From: a virus
Taxonomy: Duplodnaviria > Caudoviricetes
Reading direction: 5' to 3' (one strand)
Virus record (IMG/VR): IMGVR_UViG_3300000439_000004
Location: 32,001 to 96,000 of that record
DNA length: 64,000 nt
The notes beneath the pieces were generated by a model. That model was not told the DNA's origin and ran no database searches. It saw only the letters and a program-made list of their open reading frames with translations. The translations under genes and the position numbers were made by a program. Every line of letters begins with the position of its first letter. Position 1 is the first letter of the stretch. Shown piece by piece: positions 56,326 through 64,000 of this stretch.

Positions 56326-57867
56326 TTAGTTGATTCTAATTGAATTATTTAAAAGATCATTTTCAATTGTTTCAACTAATTTAATTAACTTATCATAATT
56401 AGGGTCACCTTTAACTAATGGACCATGTAAATTATGTTCATGACTTAATAATAAGTTAATCATCGCATATATTAATTTAATTAAATTTTCACCTCTTACT
56501 GTTGCAAATGTATTTGGTTCTATTTTTTCAATATAATCACTTTGAGTATAATCATATGTGTTTAAATTATTGAAATCAATAGGTTTATTTGTTTCATTGG
56601 TATCTGTAGATAAAAAATAAATTCTATCAGATACTAAAGTTCCAAAACTTTGTTCCGGTGAATTATTATTAATTTTGGCGTATTCTATTGTTTTTTCTTT
56701 TGTTTTAGTTTTTGGTTTAACAGATTGTTGAGACCATATTAAACCATTTGTTGGTCCGACTTTAGAAACTTCAATATTACTTAAAATATTGGTTCTATTA
56801 TTTTTTTCTGTATCAGTTAAACCATTTCTATGAACAAATTCATATGTTGGTCTAAAATAGAATGGGTGTAAATCTTCATTTAAATACTTACTATTTTCAG
56901 GAGTACTTAATTTGGAATCGGTTAATGTTTGTTTTAAACCATAATCATGTAATAAACTAATTATATGTCTAATTTCAATTGTTGATATTTTTATTAGGTC
57001 ACCATCTGCTGGGTCTAAAGGTACTGAAAATGTTGTGGTGCCTGATGGTGTTGTTATAAATTTACTAGTTCCACTGGTTATTGGTGTGTATTCATTGAAA
57101 TTAGTTGTTAAATAAGTCGGTCCTACAGCTTTATTTTGATCTATTTTATATAAATAAAAATTAATTTTTGTTGGGGTTAATAAATCATCTACATCATATT
57201 CAACAACATATTTAATTATACCAGATTCAACATTACTTTCATTTGTTTTTTCTTGAACTAATTCCATTGTTTTTGAGAATTTCTTCAAGAATAATTTTGA
57301 ATATTTTGATCCTAATATTGGTTGAGATAATAGGGTTTTTTTATCAACAACACTTGCTGCTCCTTTGGATAGTAATTTACCTCCTCTTAATACGATACCA
57401 TTTTCTGTGAATAAAATATCTGAACCATCTTTTCCATATAAAGCATTATCAGTATTTTTTGGGTGAGCACCTTCTGCTCTTTTATTAACATAGTTACCGT
57501 TAGTATCAAATATTGCTGGACTATGTTTATATGTCACACCATATGATAAGTTTTCAACTTGTTGTGAATATGTTTGACTATTAAAATCATGTAATGTTGT
57601 AAATGGTCCTGGTATATATTCTTGGTTAACAGTTTCTTTTGTTGTGTTATAATTAATAAGTTTAACTGCTTGTTGTTTTGATGGTATAAAATTAATTGTT
57701 GGTGGTAAGAATGGTAGACATATAAATGGATCTCTATCTCCCCAAGGAGTATAATCCATTGCCTTTTCTTTTTCACCAATATAATCATTATAACGAATTG
57801 CACGTATTCTCCCAATACCCAATGGGTCTACGTTATCAACACAAATTGCAATATCTATTATTTTCAT
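56326..57867 (-). CDS. Baseplate hub/spike protein (gp5-like OB-fold N-terminus)
   Basis: AICVDNVDPLGIGRIR, P...QAV, C-terminal HEH motif. Confidence 0.65.
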   Translation of the reverse strand: MKIIDIAICVDNVDPLGIGRIRAIRYNDYIGEKEKAMDYTPWGDRDPFICLPFLPPTINFIPSKQQAVKLINYNTTKETVNQEYIPGPFTTLHDFNSQTYSQQVENLSYGVTYKHSPAIFDTNGNYVNKRAEGAHPKNTDNALYGKDGSDILFTENGIVLRGGKLLSKGAASVVDKKTLLSQPILGSKYSKLFLKKFSKTMELVQEKTNESNVESGIIKYVVEYDVDDLLTPTKINFYLYKIDQNKAVGPTYLTTNFNEYTPITSGTSKFITTPSGTTTFSVPLDPADGDLIKISTIEIRHIISLLHDYGLKQTLTDSKLSTPENSKYLNEDLHPFYFRPTYEFVHRNGLTDTEKNNRTNILSNIEVSKVGPTNGLIWSQQSVKPKTKTKEKTIEYAKINNNSPEQSFGTLVSDRIYFLSTDTNETNKPIDFNNLNTYDYTQSDYIEKIEPNTFATVRGENLIKLIYAMINLLLSHEHNLHGPLVKGDPNYDKLIKLVETIENDLLNNSIRIN

Positions 57868-58067
57868 TATTTACCAGTTCGTTTACTTATTTCATTATTA
57901 ACTTTATTATACAATTCCTCAACACTATCAAGATGTCTTGTTAGATCTATAATTAGTTCTTTTGTTTTATTAAATTCATCAAATAATTCATTTTTTACTA
58001 AAAACAAATCATTATTTGATCTATCTTGGATATTTTCTACAATATCAATTATTTTTTTCTTATCCAT
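57867..58067 (-). CDS. Hypothetical protein
   Basis: 66 aa coupled ORF. Confidence 0.6.
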   Translation of the reverse strand: MDKKKIIDIVENIQDRSNNDLFLVKNELFDEFNKTKELIIDLTRHLDSVEELYNKVNNEISKRTGK

Positions 58068-58068
58068 T

Positions 58069-59958
58069 TTACATTGATTTTCCCGCTAATGTCATCATAC
58101 CAGGTAAAATTGTACCAGGTCCAGATGGTGTTGCAACAATAATCGGTAAAGTATTTGTTGATTTTGTAAAACCATTCATATCTTTTTCTTCTGTATGACC
58201 ATCAATAATTGATTTTACCATTGCTTGAAGATTACTACTTTCCCCATAAATTGGACCCATATTTATTCCTGCTGCTGACATTCTTTCTGATATATTCATA
58301 CTTGCTCTTTCAGGACTAAAACCCGGTTGTTTGTCTGCAAATAGTAATAATAAATTAGGTACTTGGTTTGATCCGTTTACTGCCAATGCAGTATTAATTG
58401 CAGTTATAATTGCATTAAATAAGTCATAACAATTATCTAATCCAGTTTCTAAAACTTTTAATAAAAATGAAATCAGTGCACTTATAATGACCAAATATCT
58501 TTTATTTTTTCCTTTAATAATTTTTTGTGCTGTTTTTAATAAAAATTTTAATAAATCCGCTTTAACTAATTTCCAAAATGTTCTTATAAATAACCAAAAT
58601 AAATCAGTAATTATTCCATTAAATAATTTAAATAATTTTTTCATTAAACTTTTTAAATCTAATGAACCTAAATTATTTTTAATTACTTTATACATTAAAA
58701 CAATTGGATAAATAATTTTTGGTGATAATATTGAAGTGATTATTGCCTTTGGTATGTTTAATATAAATAAATTTTGTAAATTTAAATTAAAATTAATTGG
58801 TAATAAATTCCCTTCTGATTGTGCTGCAGCATCATTTGCAACTTTTGAGAATGTCTCATTTATTGCAGTATTTAATGGTTTTTTATTTATATAATAAACA
58901 AAATCTTCAATCATTTTTCCATTGACTGGAACTTCAAAATTATTACAATCTGCAAATTTTAAAACTCTTCTTTTTCTTGTATCTTCATCATCTAAATCAA
59001 TACCTTCAACATCATCAAAATTAAAATAAGCTTCGATATCTTCTTCGTTTTCATCAAACATGTTATGTTGATTTTCTAACTTATTTTTATTTTTTGGTGA
59101 ACCACATACTGCGAACAATTTTTTAATTATTCTTTGTATCTCATTCATACCATCTAAGAAAAAAGAAGGTTCTGTACCATCACCTTGTATTGTCATTAAC
59201 ATTGCAGTTTTTGCAATATGTTTTAAATCGGGTAATTCAATTGAAGAGTAATAATCCGAAAAAAATTCACTTACTTTTGGTTTTGTATTTTCTTGTGTTA
59301 GACCTGAAACAATAAAATACTGATTTGGTGCACTCCAATTTGCAGTAAATAAAGTTTTATTATTATTTGTATTAAATTGGTAAGGACCACTTGTAAATGA
59401 TGTATAAAAATCTCTATTTAATTTTAATTTACCTTTATTTGGTGATGTTGCCTCATACATTATCTGACCTGATGAAGATGAAGGGTCAACAGTAAACATT
59501 TTTAAAAGATCAAATTCATTAGGTGTAATTGTTAATTGATCAATATTAATAGATGTTAATGTACCACAAATACCATCTCCAGCAAAAAAAACTTTCTCAA
59601 CATTACTAGATACTATTTGTTTCGCAGAATCTAATGTCGTTTTCCCTGCACTCATTGCATATTTCTTTAACTGACCAGTTATTGAAGTTTTATCATTCCC
59701 ACCAGGTTTATTATTGTTACCAAAAAAACCATTTGCAATATCCATTAATTCACCAAAAATATCTTTATTATTGGTTTTTTTTGAATTTGTTTGACCAAAT
59801 TGACCTAGTTTTTTACCTAATAATTGATCTGTTGATGGTAAGTCTTTAAGATATTTATCTTCTAAACTATTTGCAAAGGCATTGGGGTCATCATTAATTT
59901 TTTTGATGGCCTCTAATTTTGATTGTATTTTATTTTTTACACTTCTTGTATCACTCAT
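58069..59958 (-). CDS. Hypothetical (probable structural) protein
   Basis: 629 aa ORF. Confidence 0.7.
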   Translation of the reverse strand: MSDTRSVKNKIQSKLEAIKKINDDPNAFANSLEDKYLKDLPSTDQLLGKKLGQFGQTNSKKTNNKDIFGELMDIANGFFGNNNKPGGNDKTSITGQLKKYAMSAGKTTLDSAKQIVSSNVEKVFFAGDGICGTLTSINIDQLTITPNEFDLLKMFTVDPSSSSGQIMYEATSPNKGKLKLNRDFYTSFTSGPYQFNTNNNKTLFTANWSAPNQYFIVSGLTQENTKPKVSEFFSDYYSSIELPDLKHIAKTAMLMTIQGDGTEPSFFLDGMNEIQRIIKKLFAVCGSPKNKNKLENQHNMFDENEEDIEAYFNFDDVEGIDLDDEDTRKRRVLKFADCNNFEVPVNGKMIEDFVYYINKKPLNTAINETFSKVANDAAAQSEGNLLPINFNLNLQNLFILNIPKAIITSILSPKIIYPIVLMYKVIKNNLGSLDLKSLMKKLFKLFNGIITDLFWLFIRTFWKLVKADLLKFLLKTAQKIIKGKNKRYLVIISALISFLLKVLETGLDNCYDLFNAIITAINTALAVNGSNQVPNLLLLFADKQPGFSPERASMNISERMSAAGINMGPIYGESSNLQAMVKSIIDGHTEEKDMNGFTKSTNTLPIIVATPSGPGTILPGMMTLAGKSM

Positions 59959-60338
59959 TATATTGAATATGTTGTTTTTGATGTTCCTTTATCATCATCA
60001 TTAACTAATTTATCTAATATAGCTCTATCTTCGTCAGATAATGTAAGTTTACCAATTGGTCCTCCACCATTACCTTGACCTTGTGTTTGTTTTAATAAAA
60101 CACTTTGTAATTTAACTAATGATATTTTCTTTTCAGCACATTCATTAAGGATTTTTTGTTGTTCTTTAATTACAGGTCCAATCATACTCATATCCTCAGC
60201 ATCTTTCATAAATGCAAGCATTTTTTTCATAATTAATGATGCTGTATTTTTTTGTTCAACAATATCATTATAAATTTCTTGCATTAAAGACAATGCAGAA
60301 TCAACATCTAATGATATAATATTTCTTTTGTTTGCCAT
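59958..60338 (-). CDS. Hypothetical protein
   Basis: 126 aa ORF. Confidence 0.7.
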   Translation of the reverse strand: MANKRNIISLDVDSALSLMQEIYNDIVEQKNTASLIMKKMLAFMKDAEDMSMIGPVIKEQQKILNECAEKKISLVKLQSVLLKQTQGQGNGGGPIGKLTLSDEDRAILDKLVNDDDKGTSKTTYSI

Positions 60339-60358
60339 ACTAATAAATAGATGTTTTT

Positions 60359-61057
60359 TTATTTTATGACATCTTCTAATATACCATTATACATTTTTTT
60401 ATAACGTTTTAATGATAATCTTATTTCTTTTGTTGATAAAGATGTCATTTCTCTCAATGATAAAAGTATTAGGTTCTTATTAAATTTATTACCTCCACCA
60501 ATTTGAAATATTTTATTAAAATTGGTAAAAATTTCAAGTAATGCGTATCCTAATTTTTTTTCATTTTCGTTCATTTCTTCATTTTCCATGAATTCTTCTA
60601 ATTCTACCACTAATTTTGTAATAATATCAGAATAATCAACGTCTTCATGGTCTATTGTATATGATAAATGAGGACTTTCCTCTATTTCAGAAGAAATGTC
60701 CTCATATGATATACTTCTATTACTTTCTTTGGTGTCTTTTTGAATTGCACCCATCAAGTAATTTTTACAAATCGTACCAAAATACGAATACGCCTTCGTA
60801 TTTTTGGTATGATCAAATTTGTTTAATTTTGTAATTAGAAAAGACCATGTATCGGTATGATTTTCATCAAATGATATACCTTTTCTATATAATTTATAGC
60901 GTCGAATAATTGATTCGATCATTATAATTAGGGGTTCTCTTAAATATTCATTGAATATCTTATTCCTTTCAGTTTCGTCTTCAGATTCTAGATATCTTAC
61001 TACCGCTTCTTCTTGTTCAACCCCAAAATACTCTTTTTGGGTTCTTTTTTTTGGCAT
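60359..61057 (-). CDS. Phage sigma factor, T4 gp55-like (late transcription)
   Basis: KFD...KAYSYFGTICKNYL region-2-like motif. Confidence 0.65.
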   Translation of the reverse strand: MPKKRTQKEYFGVEQEEAVVRYLESEDETERNKIFNEYLREPLIIMIESIIRRYKLYRKGISFDENHTDTWSFLITKLNKFDHTKNTKAYSYFGTICKNYLMGAIQKDTKESNRSISYEDISSEIEESPHLSYTIDHEDVDYSDIITKLVVELEEFMENEEMNENEKKLGYALLEIFTNFNKIFQIGGGNKFNKNLILLSLREMTSLSTKEIRLSLKRYKKMYNGILEDVIK

Positions 61058-61839
61058 TAAGCTGGTACATAATTAATTTCTCGTTTATTTTTAAAGAAAA
61101 ATTCTTTTTTAGCTGAATCTATCCAAAACTTAACTTCATCCTCAGTTAATTTTTCATTTTCAAATGACCAAAATAATGAATCTTCTCTTAAATTCACGTG
61201 TTGATAACCAATACGTGGAACTGTCATTATTTTAACTTGATTATTAGTTAATCTTAGTAAAAATTCATAACTAAATGTTAGTTTCATGTTTTCTTTAAAC
61301 ACCCCATTTTCTTTAATGGTTTTTGTTCTATAAAGACCACCACTAGTTTGATAATTTTGGAATTCTAACAATGTACCATTATCAATATAACCTTGTTGAT
61401 CTGTAAAACCATAAGCCCAAGATGATTCATTCGTAAAACTTAAAAAATTACCATCTTTATCAACATCTTTAATGATTGGAAGAAATACATCAACATCTGT
61501 ATATGTGTTAATATGTTCATTCATTGATTTCAACCATATTGGTTTAAATATGTCATCAATTTCCAATATTGCAAACCATTCGGTATCACATGTTTCAATA
61601 CCTTTGTTAATTTGTGAACAAAAATCTGTTTTACCTAAATTAACGATATAATTGATTTCTAATTTTTGTCCAAAATCTATTTTGGTTATTTCATTTTTAA
61701 TGTCTGCTGGACAAATAATTGAAACTTTAACATCATTATAAAATGTGTTCATAGAATCAATTGCAATTGTTAACATTTCTTTATAATCTTCATCTATTTT
61801 GTGTACTGCTAAAAGTACTGTTATATTCTTGTTCTCCAT
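61057..61839 (-). CDS. Glycosyltransferase family 2
   Basis: INKGIE...LEIDD motif. Confidence 0.75.
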   Translation of the reverse strand: MENKNITVLLAVHKIDEDYKEMLTIAIDSMNTFYNDVKVSIICPADIKNEITKIDFGQKLEINYIVNLGKTDFCSQINKGIETCDTEWFAILEIDDIFKPIWLKSMNEHINTYTDVDVFLPIIKDVDKDGNFLSFTNESSWAYGFTDQQGYIDNGTLLEFQNYQTSGGLYRTKTIKENGVFKENMKLTFSYEFLLRLTNNQVKIMTVPRIGYQHVNLREDSLFWSFENEKLTEDEVKFWIDSAKKEFFFKNKREINYVPA

Positions 61840-62900
61840 TATATTGTTTCTTTATTTATATTTTCAATCCCTTTTTCGATTGCTTCTTTTCTTTTATTTT
61901 TTATTGATCCAAAAATAGATAATATGTTATTTTGTGTCACATGTGTATCATATGGTAATAAAGTATCTTTCATTTTAGTTTTAACTTCGTCAGTTAAATC
62001 AATACCATCTAACCAAGATAATAAGAAAGTACCTAAAATATCTACCAATTTATTGGTATCATCTGTCCACATACCATTTTCTCCTAACCAATCTGGTTCT
62101 GTATCAGGTATCTTACCAATAACAGGAACAGCACTTTTTAATGATTCAAGAGGAAATGTACCAAATGTAGATTCGTTATCCACCCATAATGATACAACAC
62201 ATTCTTTTAGTGCTTCACTAAAGTCTTTATAATTCATTTGAACCATATCTCTGAATGTGATGAATCTAAGTTGTGGATACCTAAGATAAAATTCAGATAT
62301 TAATCTTCTATGGATGACTCTATCTCTACAATTAATCGCTACCAATGGTTTTATTGGTTTTTCTGAAGGTGTGAAATTATCACCAATTATTGGTGGTATA
62401 ATGAACACTAATGCTTCCGGAAAGTTTTGTAAAATATATTTTTTACTTTCTTCTGTTGTAGTAATTACCCTGTCAAATCCAAAATCAATCCATCTACTAC
62501 CAACTGGTAATGTTTCAAAAATATAATTTTTTTGTTGAACTAACATTACTTTACTACATTTAACATTAGTCAGTTGTTGTAAAACATTTGAATAGTATTC
62601 AGGAACGACAATAGTGTCATCAATTTTAATTTCTGGTCTGTCTTCTTTAATAGATACGACTTCTAATTTAGAATAATCGTCACCTAACCAAGGTACGCCA
62701 CCATATGTTTTATCTTCAACAAGGATTTTTGATGGGAATCCATTATTATTTAATGTTAAAGCCATATCATAGATATGTTTAACTGATGCTCTTGGGTTAT
62801 TTTTTGTGTCATATGTTAAAAAATACGTAACACTTTGACCCCCCTCTAATCTACCTATCGCTTCGATTAGTTTTTGTATTTGTTCTTCTTTATTCATCAT
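61839..62900 (-). CDS. GT-B (family 4-like) glycosyltransferase
   Basis: IVVPE, STFGTFPLES motifs. Confidence 0.65.
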   Translation of the reverse strand: MMNKEEQIQKLIEAIGRLEGGQSVTYFLTYDTKNNPRASVKHIYDMALTLNNNGFPSKILVEDKTYGGVPWLGDDYSKLEVVSIKEDRPEIKIDDTIVVPEYYSNVLQQLTNVKCSKVMLVQQKNYIFETLPVGSRWIDFGFDRVITTTEESKKYILQNFPEALVFIIPPIIGDNFTPSEKPIKPLVAINCRDRVIHRRLISEFYLRYPQLRFITFRDMVQMNYKDFSEALKECVVSLWVDNESTFGTFPLESLKSAVPVIGKIPDTEPDWLGENGMWTDDTNKLVDILGTFLLSWLDGIDLTDEVKTKMKDTLLPYDTHVTQNNILSIFGSIKNKRKEAIEKGIENINKETI

Positions 62901-63201
62901 CTTCTATATATTCAATTAAAATTTCACTTTTTATTAGACTATTCATCGCAATTTGAAAGGATATGTCTTCGTTTTTAAATCCTTTTAATAATGTGTCGTC
63001 TTCTGATTCTTGAAAGTCATTGATGACTCTATCTAAACACATTTTCACCATTTCATATTTGAAAACGTTGATTTCTAAATCTGAAGGTACTTTTTCTTCA
63101 TCTTTATTATCAGCGTCATCATCATTTATTCTTGTGATTTTGCATTTGTCAATGATTTTGTCGAAGTCAATGTAGTACTGTTTTCTGAAAAATTGATCCA
63201 T
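62890..63201 (-). CDS. Hypothetical protein
   Basis: 103 aa ORF. Confidence 0.6.
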   Translation of the reverse strand: MDQFFRKQYYIDFDKIIDKCKITRINDDDADNKDEEKVPSDLEINVFKYEMVKMCLDRVINDFQESEDDTLLKGFKNEDISFQIAMNSLIKSEILIEYIEDDE

Positions 63202-63815
63202 GTTTCTTTTATTTCTGTTAATTTAGTTATTTCTTCTCCAATTGTAAAGAATTCATTGTATTTAGTATTAAATTTATAGACAAATTTATCAATAGGACAT
63301 TTTTCTATTATTTTTTTATTATCCGTTATCCAATAATGACAATTTTTCCAAGCATCTTCAATTTCATTTGATTTAATAAACTTAATATTATTTGCCATTA
63401 TACCATTTTTAGATAGAAAAAATAATGTTGCTGGTTTTGCTTTACCAAATTCATCCAAACCAATTAAAGTAATATTATGTTCTAAATTTGAGGAAATTAA
63501 TTTATTTAAATCTGTTATCACAGTTGAGTAACTAAGACCTGCATGACCGAAGATTTCTATTGGAAATTCTAAGAATAAAAAATATTCAAATTCTTCTTTT
63601 GATTTAAATTTATAACTATTTAATATATTATCATTTTGAACAGGTAAATTTATTCCATATTCAAAATTACTATCATTTGAATCAATAACTTCTCCAGTTT
63701 CAACATCAAGTTTATCACCGATTTCATCTGAGTTTAAATAATAATCTACGTAGTGGTAGTCGAATTTTTGTATGAGGTTTCTAATAACCCCGTCAATACT
63801 AATATATATTTCCAT
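63126..63815 (-). CDS. HAD-fold 5'-nucleotidase-like protein
   Basis: IYISIDGVIRN...WITDN...YN motifs (first catalytic Asp replaced). Confidence 0.55.
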   Translation of the reverse strand: MEIYISIDGVIRNLIQKFDYHYVDYYLNSDEIGDKLDVETGEVIDSNDSNFEYGINLPVQNDNILNSYKFKSKEEFEYFLFLEFPIEIFGHAGLSYSTVITDLNKLISSNLEHNITLIGLDEFGKAKPATLFFLSKNGIMANNIKFIKSNEIEDAWKNCHYWITDNKKIIEKCPIDKFVYKFNTKYNEFFTIGEEITKLTEIKETWINFSENSTTLTSTKSLTNAKSQE

Positions 63816-64000
63816 GTCGACTAATATAGTATTAGTGTAAATATAAGTAAATAATAAACCAATATCACTATAATAAATGATATGGGTTTATTGTACAAAA
63901 ATTACTTTATTACTTAGCTAAATGTGCTTTGTATTTTTTATATATCTTCTGTATTAATGGATCTCTTTTTTGGAATGATTCATCTAATTCTTTAATACCG

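Noticed and set aside
22022-62526. Antisense shadow ORFs (e.g. 22022, 28870, 45016, 48449, 61924)
   Set aside because: They lie opposite well-supported genes and reflect codon bias.
1-64000. Genome-wide TAG reassignment (genetic code 15)
   Set aside because: Long genes are uninterrupted in code 11, and TAG still ends the Clp N-part and dCMP deaminase; only two early in-frame TAGs were found.

Overview
64 kb of an AT-rich jumbo (T4-like/myovirus-type) phage genome. The host is probably Bacteroidota: TAnnTTTG -7 promoters recur, Shine-Dalgarno sites are not apparent, and the phage encodes bS21. The left third (about 0.3-25 kb) is a translation/RNA-conflict island. It holds a Ro/TROVE-like-TerD protein followed by four copies of a structured ncRNA, an amber-suppressor tRNA, two minus-strand tRNA operons (24 tRNAs plus several tRNA-like and other structured RNAs), a group I intron in tRNA-Leu(UAA), many HNH/GIY-YIG endonucleases and an RNA-repair trio (kinase, Rnl1 ligase, cyclic-phosphate receiver). 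The middle and right parts hold a split-intein Clp ATPase, Hsp20, and the head module: terminase (one cis plus one split intein), portal (two inteins), bS21, prohead protease (one intein), scaffold and major capsid. dCMP deaminase, baseplate-type genes, a gp55-like sigma factor and glycosyltransferases follow. Most notable: (1) each tRNA operon is preceded by a 33-codon leader peptide and a classical attenuator, and the leader codons mirror the anticodons encoded downstream, suggesting a sensor that switches on phage tRNAs when the matching host tRNAs are depleted; (2) two adjacent genes, one Pth2-like, carry an in-frame TAG at codon 3-4 near an amber-suppressor tRNA. All calls are from manual reading; no searches or folding programs were run.
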